Source: Mobula hypostoma | Lineage: Eukaryota | NCBI RefSeq assembly: GCF_963921235.1 | Contig: NC_086108.1 | Span: forward strand, 86,988,001 to 87,052,000 | Direction: 5' to 3' | DNA: 64,000 nt | Shown here: in pieces, positions 1-11,362 of the stretch | Layout of the letters: every line of letters begins with the position of its first letter | Position numbering within the stretch: the first letter of the stretch is position 1 | The notes under the pieces: model-generated | The model's input: the letters and a program-made list of their open reading frames with translations, nothing else | Databases searched by the model: none | Told to the model about the DNA's origin: nothing | Translations under genes and position numbers: made by a program

Positions 1-811
1 CAGTTATAAAATAGGAAATAAATGAAAATGAGATTCTAAACTTGAGTTCTAAATTTTAATGGCACAAGGTAAAATGACTATGAATATATACTATGATAAA
101 TTTATGATCTAGATGCTGAAGGCACAGGGAAAATGTGAGTGCACTTTATCAGTTGTAAGCACAGAAATATTAGACTCTGTTTTCTAAAAATCATAAACAC
201 AGTATGAATTTTAAAATGTCAGGAATAGTATTAATGTCTGTTTAAGCAACACTGTTGTTAGACTGTGTTATCTGAAGTGCAATTTAACAATTGCTGCCAG
301 TGGACTGAAAATCACAGCAAGCCAATACATACAGGGCAAGTCCAATTAAGTCACGGAATGCCATGATTTACCCTTGATGTTATTGGCACATCATGTCATA
401 TTCAAATCAGTGGTGCTCTAAATTCTCCTGCCTTGATCGTGGCTGAATACAAGGTGCTGGATTACCCAGTTACTGCATTTAGCTTTAACAAAAGATAAAT
501 CAGACCTAAAGATGACATGATAATGATGGGGAAGGTCAAGGACTGGGCCTTACTCTCATGAATGTGTAAAGCAGCAATTTTTTTTTTCATTTCCTGGATG
601 TGTTGGTTCCTTCAATGGGAAAAACAATGAAACCGATCTTATTGGTAACTACTCAAAAGTCTGACAGCAAGTACAATTCAATCCCACTAAATTAATTGCA
701 TTCACACAATTCATTTGAACAGTGCAGCTAACTACAAGGCCTGTGAAGGACTTTTCGAAGAAAATTTCAGATGCTAGATATCATAAAATAAAAAAAATGC
801 TGGAAATACTC

Positions 812-1764
812 CTTGGAAATACTGATGGAATAGATGGCTTTGTTGCAAAGATTGGCTGAGGGGCAGGTAATGTTGAGGAAATAGGTAGGATGCAGAAGGA
901 CTTAGGCAGATCATGAGAATGGGCAAGAAAGTGGCAAATGAAATACAATATTGGAAAATGCATGGTCATGCACTTTGGTAGTAGAAATAAATGTGCGGAC
1001 TATTTTCGCAACGGGGAGAAAATCGAGGAATCTGAGATTCAGAGGGACCTGGGAGTCCTTGTGCAGAACACCCTGAAGGTGAGGAAGGAAAATGCCATGT
1101 TAGCACTCATTTCAAGAGGTCTAGAGTACAGGAGATGCTGAGATGCTACGTGTGATGCTGAGGCTTCATAAGGCACTGGTGAGGCCTCACCTTAAGTATT
1201 GTGAACAGTTTTGGGCCCCTCATCTTAAAGAAGATGTGCTGGCATTGGAGAGGGTCCAGAGGAGGTTCACAAGGATGATCTCAGGAATGAAAGGGTTATC
1301 ATACAAGGAATGTTTGATGGCTCTGAGTCTGTACTCGCTGGAATTCAGAAGGATGGGTGGGGTGGTGGGGGAGAAATCTCATTGAAACCTTTCAAATGTT
1401 GAAAGTCCTAGACAGAGTAGATGTGGAAAGGATGTTTCCCATGGTGGGAGGACCTAGAACAAGAGGGCACAGCCTCAGGATAGAGGGGTGTCCATTCAAA
1501 ACAGTAATGCAGAGAAATTTCTTCAGCCAAAGGGTGGTGGATTGGTGGATTTTTTTTGCCACATGCAGCTGTGGAGGCCAGGTCATTTGGTGTATTTAAG
1601 GCAGAGGTTGCTAGGTTCTTGATTGGACACAGCATCAAAGGTTACGGCGAGAAGACCGGGAACTGGGGTTGAGGAGGGGAAAAAAAGGATCAGCCATTAT
1701 TGAATGGCAGAGCAGACTTGATGGGCCAGATGGCCTAATTCTGCTCCAATATCTTATGGTCTTT
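812..1764 (+). mobile_element. CR1 LINE, 5'-truncated and decayed (RT C-terminal region plus 3' UTR)
   Basis: Frameshifted ORFs 938-1599 carry CR1 ORF2 motifs (KCMVMHFG, RDLGVLV, LVRPHLKYCEQFWAP, LERVQRRFTRMI, RTRGHSL, RNFFSQRVV). It splits a Penelope-type repeat (tgctggaaatactc...ggtcaggca). Confidence 0.9.
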
Positions 1765-2326
1765 TGGGTCAGGCACATTGGTGGAAAGGGGAGCAGAAGT
1801 ATTTTTTCAGCCCTAACCTAGAACTTTGCAAATTATTTTGTCGGCATTTTCTCTCCAGCACCATCATCTCATGTCTTTTACTCCATTGATTTCTCTTTCT
1901 AACTGCTCCCATGAATTCATCAACCAGTGACCTCCCCAACGAATCTTCAGGGTGTCATTGGTCTTTCCATGTAGAGGACAGATGTAAAGGAGAAATATTC
2001 CCTTTCTTCTTGAGAAACTTTTTGCCCAGTTTTTCTTTTATGCATTGGTTGTTTGTCAGTTTTGTCTGTTTATGTACAGTTTTTCATAAATTCTATTGCA
2101 TTGCTTTTATCCTGTAAACGCCTACGAGAAAATGAATCTCAAGGTAGTATATAGTAACATATACTGTATGTACTTTAATAAAAAATGTATTTTGAACTTT
2201 GAATCTCTCCCCAACCCGCTCTAATCTTAAACGTCTTCCTTCTTAGTTCATGAACAAGTCTTCAACTTTTTTTCTCTTTCTTCAGATGGGGTGAATGTGC
2301 ACCCATTACTGTATAATGGGGTGCAT

Positions 2327-2511
2327 GGGGTGTCAGGGAGGGGTAGCACCTCTGGTGGGGGAACATGTCGTGTCCGTTTCAGTGCTGTTTGTCCACCTTT
2401 TTTCCCCACCTGGCACTCAGCTCTCACCTGTGGCTCCCCGTAGCTGTTTGCATGCGACAGCAGCCACACCCCGGGCAACGGCTTCGACAAGCCGGCTAAA
2501 CCAGGTGAGGG
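2327..2511 (+). ncRNA. HDV-like self-cleaving ribozyme (predicted)
   Basis: Manual fold: P1 GGGGUGU 2327-2333 / ACACCCC 2466-2472; P2 CUCUCACCUG 2421-2430 / CAGGUGAGGG 2502-2511; P3 GGC/GCC; L3 begins UCCCCG; GGGCAA 2473-2478; P4 CGGCUU-CGAC-AAGCCG 2479-2494; J4/2 GCUAAAC with candidate catalytic C2496. Helix order matches the HDV double pseudoknot. Confidence 0.8.
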
Positions 2512-2835
2512 TAGCCAACGGGTCTCAAACCCTTGGTGAGATAGGGAGTTCTCTACCCCAGCATGTGAAGACAGACTCCAGCGGATTGAGCAGACAAGAC
2601 CAATGGAAGGTCCAACGGTGAAGAAGACAGTCTCTGCAAGCGTCGTGGAACGCGAAGAGCACGACGAGACACAGAAGATGTCCTGGTCATCCACTGCGCC
2701 TAGTTCCATCTCCAGCCATCTCAACTCTTGTCTTGCCACTGGATACAGATGGGAATTGGGAAGAGAGAGTGAGGCTGACGCTGCACAACTCTCCCTCACT
2801 TAAATCCAAATCAAGCACTAGTCTCGGCACCATCA

Positions 2836-2979
2836 AGCCGGCTGGTGGTGCAGTGACATCAGCGCTGGACTCCGGAGCGAACATTCCCGAGTTCAAATCC
2901 AGTCGGGCCGCTCCCAGGCACGCTTTCCATCCTTGCTGGGTTGAGTGTCGAGCTAGCAACTCGACCTCGTAAAAAGTAC
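2836..2979 (+). mobile_element. tRNA-derived SINE nested in the ribozyme element
   Basis: A-box-like TGGTGCAGTGA and B-box-like GAGTTCAAATCC, ending in CCTCGTAAAAA. It is absent from the homologous copy at ~30220. Confidence 0.75.
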
Positions 2980-3984
2980 TAATGGTGTTAAGGTCTTCAT
3001 CGATGATGATGGACGAACCTTACTGTATAATATTATGGTAATTCTTACACTATCTTCTTATTGGTGTGCACTTGGAAATCTTGTAAGTCTTGTAATATTT
3101 GACTTGTAAATCTTGTACATCTTATGTTTAAGGTAACTTTTTTATTCTTTCTTCTCTATTAATATTTGTATATCTGTGGACTTGTAATGTTACTGTGACA
3201 CTGTAATTTCCTATGGGATCAGTGAAGTATCTATCTATCTAAGCTGTCTGCCTGATGAGTATTTCCTGCATTTTCTGCTTGTATTTTGTGGTAATTTGGT
3301 GGAAGCAAAGGTCGGAACATATATTAGAAATATCACAGTTGACAAATGAGTCAAGCTAAACCCTGAACTTCTTGTTATTTTTTTAAAAATTGCTTCAGTT
3401 GGGGTGTTTTTTTACTGTGAACAAAATCAGGTGGCTTAGTTGTTAAAAAGATCAAAGGAAGTCTCAAATTCTCGTCCCCGTGAAGAAAATTAGATCAAAC
3501 TCAGGAATAATAACAATTAAAGAGCAGTTTGGGCTTTACTGTAATTACATCTATAACAGAATTTTAATTTCATTTCATATGATTATGAAATTTTGTGTTT
3601 TGCCCAATACCGCCCAATGCTTTTATCTTTCCAGCCTTCTTCCCACCCCGTTATGCCACTGACCAGCACGTCCCACAGAGTAATGGAATTGCTCAGCAGT
3701 CTATGTATGCATTTTAAAACCAGGCGCAGCATCCCGAAAGAATGAAAATGTAAATCCTGTATGGTTGACATTTACTGCATGTGAAGAGTGTTATCAGTGA
3801 AAAAGCAGTTTTCCAGAAAGTTTTTTTTTCAGTTTAGACAGCTTAAACTGAGAATTTCAAGCGTGACCAACCACTTAAAAGTTATTTGCTTTGTATTAGA
3901 ATAAATCTTTAGATAGAATCTCCAGACAGAAAATGATGTAGTTAAATATCTAACAATTTAAGAGATTTACTACTCAGTTAGCAG

Positions 3985-4300
3985 GACTCTTAACCAATTC
4001 AGAAGGTCGTCTGTTCAAGCTGCAATCCAGAGCCATAAGTATGATGATCTCAGCTGATACAGTAATAGAGAAATTGTCTTTTGGATGAAACTTTAAACCG
4101 ATATGCTTACTTTCTCAGATGGATGTGAAAGATATCATGGCACCATTTTGAAGACTCTCTTTGGCGTCTTGACCACGATCACGCATTATTAGATCATAAT
4201 CATTCTGCTATCTGTCTGTTAATGGTTTGCAGATTGCTTACTGCATGAAGGCGCATTGAGATAATGACAGGTTTTCAGCAATGTCTGTTTGTCTTGCTTT
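3985..4300 (+). mobile_element. Ancient Deu-domain SINE (SacSINE1/AmnSINE1-like), degraded
   Basis: TTTGGATGAAACTTTAAACCGA...CTCAGATGGATGTGAAAGATATCATGGCACCATTTTGAAG resembles the Deu core as I recall it. Confidence 0.6.
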
Positions 4301-4612
4301 GTCAAATGGGACTCCTCTGTACCTCAGGCATTGGTGATGGGACCCTTACCATTTGTCGTGATCACCAGAAATTCAGATATATTTAAACCTTTAGGTAATC
4401 CTGCACAAGAATTCCCAAATCCCTTTGCACTTTTGATTTCTGAATTTTCTCCCCACTTAGGAAATAGTCCACACCCTTATTCCTTCTAAAAAAAAAAGTG
4501 CAAGACCATAGAAACAAGAGAAAACCTGTAGATGCTGGAATCTGAGCAACACACACAAAATGCTGGAGGAACTCAGCAGGCCAGGCAGCATCTGTGGAAA
4601 AAAAGTACAGTC

Positions 4613-7460
4613 AACACACACAAAAATTGCTGGTGAACGCAGCAGGCCAGGCAGCATCTATGGGAAGTGGTACAGTCGACATTTCGGGCCGAGACCCTTC
4701 ATCAGGACTAATTGAAAGAAGAGATAGCAAGAGATTTGAAAGTGGGAGGGGGAGGGGGAGATCCGAAATGATAGGAGAAGTCAGGAGGGGGAGGGATGGA
4801 GCCAAGAGCTGGAAAGTTGATTGGCAAAAGGGATATGAGAGGATCATGGGACCGGAGGCCTTGGGAGAAAGAAAGGGGGAGGGGGATAGGCAAGGAGTAT
4901 AGTGAGAGGGACAGAAGGAGAAAAAAGGGAGAGAGAAATATAATTAATTAATTAATAACCAACCGATGGGGTACGAAGGGGAGGTGGGGCATTAATGGAA
5001 GTTAGAGGTCAATGTTCATGCTATCAGGTTGGAGGCTACCCAGATGGAATATAAGGTGTTGTTCCTCCAACCTGAGTGTGGCTTCATCTTTACAGTAGAG
5101 GAGGCCGTGGATAGACATGTCAGAATGGGAATGGGATATGGAATTAAAATGTGTGGCCACTGGGAGATCTTGCTTTCTCTGGCGAGCAGAGCATAGGTGT
5201 TCAGCGAAACAGTCTCCCAGCCTGTGTCGGGTCTCGCCAATATATAGAAGGCCGCATCGGGAGCACTGGACGCAGTATATCACCCCAGCCGACTCACAGG
5301 TGAAGTGTCGCCTCACCTGGAAGGACTGTCTGGAGCCCTGAATGGTGGTAAGGGAGGAAGTGTAGGGGCATGTGTAGCACTTGTTCCGCTTACAAGGATA
5401 AGTGCCCAGGAGGGAGATCAGTGGGGAAGGATGGGGGGTACGAATGGACAAGGGAGTCATGTAGGCAGTGATCCCTGCGGAAAGCAGAGAGGAGGGGAGG
5501 GAAAGATGTGCTTGGTGGTGGGATCCCATTGGAGGTGGCAGAAGTTACGGAGAATTATATGTTGGACCTGGAGGCTGGTGGAGTGGTAGGTGAGGACAAG
5601 GGGAACCTTATTTCTGGTGGGGTGGCAGGAGGATGGGGTGAGAGCAGATGTGCGTGAAATGGGAGAGATGTGTTTGAGAGCAGAGTTGATGGTGGAGGAA
5701 GGGAAGTCCCTTTCTTTAAAAAAAGAGGACATCTCCTTCGTCCTGGAATGAAAAGCCTCATTCTGAGAGCAGATGCGGCGGAGACGGAGGAATTACGAGA
5801 AGGGGATGGCATTTTTGCAAGAGACAGGGTGAGATTAGGAATAGTCCAGGTAGCTGTGAGAGTTCGTAGGCTTATAGTAGACATCAGTGGATAAGCTGTC
5901 TCCAGAGATAGAGATAGAAAAATCCAGAAAGGGGAGGGAGGTGTCAGAAATGGACCAGGTAAACTTGAGGGCAGGGTGAAAGTTGGAGGCAAAGTTACTG
6001 AAGTCAATGAGCTCAGCATGCGTGCGGGAAGCAGTGCCAATGCAGTCGTCAATGTAGCGAAGGAAAAGTGGGGGACGGATACCAGTGTAGCCTTGGAACA
6101 TGGATTGTTCCACAAAGCCAACAAAAAGGCAGGCATAGCTGGACCCATACGGGTGCCCTTAGCTACACCTTTAGTTAGGAGGAAGTGGGAGGAGCCAAAG
6201 GAGAAATTATTAAGAGTAAGGTCTAATTCCGCTAGACGGAGCAGAGTGGTGGTAGAGGGGAACTGGTTAGGTCTGGAACCCAAAAAGAAGCGGAGAGCAT
6301 TGAGACCTTCCTGGTAGGGGATAGAAGTATATAGGGACTGGACATCCATGGTGAAAATAAAGCGGTGGGGGCCAGAGAACTTAAAATCATCGAAAAATTT
6401 CAGAGCATGAGAAGTGTCACAAACATAGGTAGGAAGGGATTGAACAAGGGGGATAAAACAGTGTCAAGGTATGCAGAAATGAGTTCAGTGGGGCAGGAGC
6501 AAGCTGAGACAATGGGTCTATCTGGACAGGCAGGTTTGTGGATCTTGGGTAGGAGGTAGAAACGGGAAGTGCGGGGTGTGGGAACTATAAGGTTGGTAGC
6601 AGTGGATGGGAGATCCCTTGAGCAAATAAAGTGGGTGATGGTGTAGAAGACAATGGCCTGGTGCTCCTTGGTGGGGTCATGATCGAGGGGTAAATAAGAG
6701 GAGGTATCCACGAGTTGTCGCTGTGCCTCAGCAAGGTAGAGGTCAATACACCAGACTACAACAGCACACCCCTTATCGGTGGGTTTTATAGTAAGGTGAG
6801 GATTAGTGCAGAGGGAGTGGAGAGCAGAGCGTTCGGAAGGAGTGAGGTTGGAATGGGAACAAGGTGCGGTGAAGTCGAGATGGTTGATGTCCCGTTGGCA
6901 GTTAGCAATAGAGATCCAGAGCAGGAAGAAGACCAGAGCGGGGTGTCCACAAAGAGGAGGAGGGTTGAAGACGGGAGAAGGGGTCATCGGTCGGGGTGGG
7001 AGAGCCCTTGCCAAAGAAGTAGGCTTGAAGATGGAGGTGGCGGAAGAAGAGTTCAGCGTCATAGCAAATGCGGAACTCGCTAAGGTGTGGCGAAGTGGGA
7101 CAAAGGTAAGGCCCTTACTGAGGACAGAGCGCTCTGCCTCAGACAGACGAAGGTCGGAGGGGATGGTAAAGGCCCGGCACGGATGAGAAGTGGGATTAAG
7201 AGGGGGGTGTCAGTGGAGAGGGGAGGGTTGGGGTGAGAGGAAGATGGAGCCTCTGAGGGCCCAGGAGCTGACGGTGGGATCTGAGGGAGACAGGGGTGCA
7301 GAGTGGTGGTGGGGGAAGGGGAGACAGGAGTAACAATAGCAGCACATAAAGACCTGGCCTGGAGTTCAAGGCTGGAGTCGCAGTTGGAGGCTGCGCAATC
7401 GCTTTGAAGGTGTTCATGGTCGTTGGAGCCCGCATTGATGGTGCTAGAGTCCAGGTTTTG
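4613..7460 (-). mobile_element. Penelope-like retroelement (Neptune-type), RT plus GIY-YIG endonuclease, frameshifted
   Basis: ORF fragments: IKPTDKG, FYLLPKIHK, RPIVS, MDVQSLYTSIP, FLRYIDD, YKPTNSHSYL (RT); CKRNKCYTC linker; VIYCVQCSRCGLLYIGET..RL...EH (GIY-YIG). 12-bp TSD AAAAGTACAGTC at 4601-4612 and 7461-7472. Confidence 0.93.
4674..4709 (-). ncRNA. Minimal type I hammerhead ribozyme motif in the Penelope terminal repeat
   Basis: Reverse complement reads AGUC-CUGAUGA-A-GGGU-CUCG-GCCC-GAAA-U-GUC-GACU: stem I AGUC/GACU, intact core, stem II. GAAAU instead of GAAAC suggests CpG decay. Confidence 0.75.
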
Positions 7461-8355
7461 AAAAGTACAGTCGATGTTTCAGGCTGAAACCCTTTGGCAG
7501 GACTGAAGAAAAAAACTAAGGAGTAGATTTAAAAGTTCGGGGGACGAGAGAGAGAACCACCAGGTGATGGGTGAAATCTGGAGGGGGAGGGATGAAGTAA
7601 AGTGCTGGGAAGTTGATTGGTGAAAGAGTGAGAAGGCCATGGAAGAAAGAAACAGGGAGAAGGACTACCAGAAGCAGGTGATGGGTGAGCAAGGAGATGA
7701 GAAGAGAGGAAAAAGGGGTTGGGAAGTGGAGAAGGGGGGGTGTGAATAGGGGGCATTACTGAAAGTTTGAAAAATAGATGTTCATGCCTCGGACTGGAGG
7801 CTTCCCAAATGGCCAGAAAAAGCAGGATGTCCTAGTGGCCATCAAGTTTAATTCCACTTCCCATTCCCATTCCGATATGTCCATCCATAGCCTCCTCCAC
7901 TGTCGTGATGAGGGTACACTTAGGTTGGAGGAACACCTTATATTCCATTTGGGTAGCCTCCAATCCGATGGGACGAACGTCAATTTCTCAAACTTATGAT
8001 AATGCTCCCCAACCCACCCCCTCCTTCTCCATTTCCCATCCCCTTTTCCCTCTCTCCTCATCTCCTTGCTCACTCATCGCCTCCCTCTGGTGCTCCTTCC
8101 TCCTTTTTCTTTCTTCCTTTACCTTCTGTCTCTTTCACCAATCAACTTCCCAGCTCTTTACTTCATCCCTCCCCCTCCAGGTTTCACCTATCACTTGGTG
8201 GTTCTCTCTCCCCTCCCACCACCCTTTAAATCTGCTCCTCAGCCTTTTTATTTCTCCAGTCCTGCTGCAGGGTTTCAGCCCGTAACATCGACTGTACTTT
8301 TTTCCATAGATGCTGCCTAACATGCTGAGTTCCTCCAGCATTTTGTGTGTGTTGA

Positions 8356-9512
8356 ATGACCATTGATTTCCCTGCACTATATTCCTTCTGCCTCTTCTTT
8401 ACCTATTCTCCTAATCTGCCCAAGTCCTTTTACAGACTCCCTACTTCCTCAAGGCTACCTGCCTTTCCATCTACCTTTGTATCATCTGCAAACTCGGCCA
8501 TAAAGTCATTAATTCTATCATCAAAATCATTGACAAATAACGTAAAAGGAAGCAGTTCAAGTACTGACTCACATGAAAACTACTTGTCACCAGCAGCCAA
8601 CCAGAATAGGCCCTATTTATTCTAATAGTTTGTCTCCTGCCAATCAGCCAATCTTCTATTCATGCTCGTACCTTTCCTGTAATACCATGGGTTCTCACCT
8701 TGTTAAGCAGCCTCATGTGCATCACTTTGTCAAAGGCCTTCTGAAAGTCCAAGTAAACAACATCCCCTGACTCTCCCTTGTCTAAGCTGCCTAATATTTC
8801 ATCAAAAAATTCCCATGTATTTGTCAGCCAAGACTTGCCCTTACTGAAACCATGCTGACTTTGGCCTACTTTATCATGTGTCTCCAAGTACCCCAAAATC
8901 TTATCCTTAACAATGGACTCCAACATCTTCCCATCCACTGAAATCCAGTGAACTCGACTACATATAACTTCCTTTATTCTTCCTCCGCCCGTTCCTAAAA
9001 AGTGGATTTACACTTGTAATTTTCCAGCCCTCTGGAACCATTCCAGAATCTAGTGATTCTTGAAAGATTATTACTAACTTCTCCACAACTTCTTCAGCCA
9101 CCTCTTTCAGAACCCTGAGGTGTAGTCCATCTGGCTTCAAACCCTTCACCTTCCCAAACTCCCTCTCCTTAGAAACTTCAATGCCACTCACTTGTTCCCC
9201 CTAAAACTCTCAAATTTCTGGCATACTACCAGTGTCTTCCACAGAGAAGACAGACACAAAGTACTCATTATGTCCGTCCACCATTTCAGTTTCGCCCATC
9301 ACTACTTCTCCAGCATAATTTTCCAGTGGTCCAATATCCATTCTCACCTCTCTTTTACTGCTTATATATCTGTAGAGAAAAACACTTTTGGTATCCATTT
9401 TGATGTTATTGTCTAACCTATCTTCATATTTCATCTTTTCTCTCCTTATGTTTTTTTTACTTGTTTTCTGTTGGTTTTTAAAAGCTTCCCAATTATCTAA
9501 CTTCCCACTAAT
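8356..9512 (-). mobile_element. CR1 LINE internal fragment, decayed
   Basis: ORFs 8660-9434: PDGLHLRVLKE, QSQHGFSKGKSWLTN, DVVYLDFQKAFDKV. Confidence 0.88.
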
Positions 9513-9869
9513 TTTGGACTCAACAACTCATATTCTCAATATTATTTGTTTAGTTAATTATTATATTTGTATTTGCATAGTTTGTCTTCTTTTGCACATT
9601 GCTTGCTTTCCAGAATTCATTTGTATGTAGCTTTTTTCATTGATTCTATTGTATTTCTTTTTTCTACCATGAGCGCCCACAAGAAAATAAATGGTGACAT
9701 ATAAATACTCTGATAATGAATTTACTTTGAAATTTGAACTGAAGAGTGGGTGTATTGTGTAAAACAATGACAACTGGAATTTAATCCTGATAAGCATGAG
9801 TTGATGTAGTTTGTGAGATCTGCCAACCATGAATGGTGAGGCCCTTGGGACTAATGAAGAACAGAAGGA

Positions 9870-10646
9870 TAGAAACTTAGAAAACCTACAACACAATACA
9901 GGCCCTTCAGCCCACAAGGCTGTGCTGAACATGTCCTTACCTGAGAAATTACCTAGGGTTAGCCATAGCCCTCTATTTTTCTGAGCTCCATGTACCTGTC
10001 CAGGAGTCTCTTAAAAGACCCTATCGTATCTGCCTCCACCACAGTCGCTAGTGGCCCATTCTACGCACTCACTACTCTCTGCATAAAAAACTTACCCCTG
10101 ATATCTCCTCTGTACCTACTTTCAAGCACCTTAAAACTATGCCCTCTCGTGCCAGCTATTCCAGCCCTGGAAAAAGCCTCTGACTATCCACATGATCAAT
10201 GCCTCTCATCATCTTATACACCTCTATCAGGTCACCTCTCATCCTCCGTCGCTCCAGGGGGGAAAGACCGAGTTCACTCAACCTGTTTTCAATATGCATG
10301 CTCCCCAATCCAGGCAACATCCTTGTAAACCTCCTCTTCACCCTTTCTATGGTTTCCACATCGTTCCTATAGTGAGGCGACCAGAACTGAGCACAGTACT
10401 CCAAGTACGGTCTGACCAGGGTCCCATATAGCTGCAACATTACCTCTCGGCTTCTAATCTCAGTCCCATGATTGATGAAGGCCAATACACCGTATGCTTT
10501 CTTAACCACAGGGTCAACCTGCACAGCAGCTTTGAGTGTGCTATGGACTCGGACCCCAAGATCCCTCTGATCCTCCACACTGCCAAGAGTCTTACCACTT
10601 ATACTATATTCTGCCATCATAGTTGACCTACCAAAATGAACCACCT
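9870..10646 (-). mobile_element. CR1 LINE 3' fragment
   Basis: ORF 10156-10728: RDLGVRVH, LVRPYLEYCAQFWSP, RRMRGDLIEVYK; typical 3' hairpin and short-repeat tail near 9870-9930. Confidence 0.9.
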
Positions 10647-10774
10647 GAGAATTATCTGGTATACAAATCCATTCATCCCTAAAAGCATCTTGGTATACAA
10701 ATCCATTCATCCCTAAAAGTGAAAGCACCTTTAGATAATGCGGTGAAGAAGGCCAGAAATGAGAAGAGACAAGC

Positions 10775-10968
10775 GAGAGATACTGGAATCTTGAGCAAGA
10801 AGCAATTTGCTGGAAAACCTCAGCAAGTTGAACAGCATTTGTGGGAGGAAAGGAATTGCTGATGTTTTGGATCTAACCCTGATGCAAGGGTTTGAGCTGA
10901 AATATTGACAATTCATTTCCTCGCACAGATACAGCCCTACCCGTTGAATTCCTCCAGCAGATTGTTGC
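10775..10968. mobile_element. Palindromic Penelope terminal-repeat MITE-like element, decayed
   Basis: tgctggaaaacctcagc...gaattcctccagca inverted ends around a degenerate CTGATG..GAAA core. Similar elements occur at ~47772-48005 and ~61918-62075. Confidence 0.6.
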
Positions 10969-10999
10969 AGCAATGAGGGGAGACTGAATTGGGTTCTTT

Positions 11000-11362
11000 T
11001 CCTTGCTTCAGAGGAGGATGATGGGAAAACTAATGGAGATATACAAATTTATTTGGAACAAGTTGGATAAAGAAGAACTTGTGTCCATAGCGGAGTTTAA
11101 AAATCAGAGGTTTAATGTGACAAGTAAAAAATGTCGAAGGAATCTAAGAATTTTTTCACCTGCGATGTGGTTGCAATTCAGAATATACTCCTTGATGAGA
11201 TGGTGGAGGCAGGCATTTTCACAACACCTAAAAGGTACATGGACAAGCCCTTGAATCACCAAGGCATGGATGGCTGTGGATTGGTATAAATGGGAACTTG
11301 TTGGTCAGCATGACCATGGTAGACCGAATGGTCTGTCTCTGTGCCGTATGGTTCTGTGACCT
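11000..11362 (+). mobile_element. Old CR1 3' fragment
   Basis: RRMMGKLMEIYKF remnant and a CR1-like 3' hairpin (gaccgaatggtctgtctctgtg). Confidence 0.6.

Larger units (their letters stand above)
2318..3019 (+). mobile_element. Non-autonomous, non-coding non-LTR retroelement (probably RTE-derived, internally deleted) with a 5' HDV-like ribozyme
   Basis: Perfect 12-bp TSD TTACTGTATAAT at 2306-2317 and 3020-3031. A homologous inverted copy lies at 30183-30598. No credible protein ORF. The RTE affinity is inferred. Confidence 0.8.
4510..8355. mobile_element. Older Penelope-derived inverted-tail element (minus arm 4510-4612 plus 7461-~7810; plus arm ~7811-8355), split by a younger Penelope
   Basis: Both arms hold the GIY-YIG C-terminal remnant (LEEHLIFHLGSLQSDG in the plus arm) and a terminal repeat with a degenerate hammerhead (7469-7504 minus, 8258-8293 plus), in opposite orientations. 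Confidence 0.75.

Noticed and set aside
2248..2972. Overlapping ORFs of up to 183 aa, echoed at 29968-30637, as a protein gene
   Set aside because: They are shadow ORFs of one repeat family; frames and ends differ between copies and no domain is recognisable.
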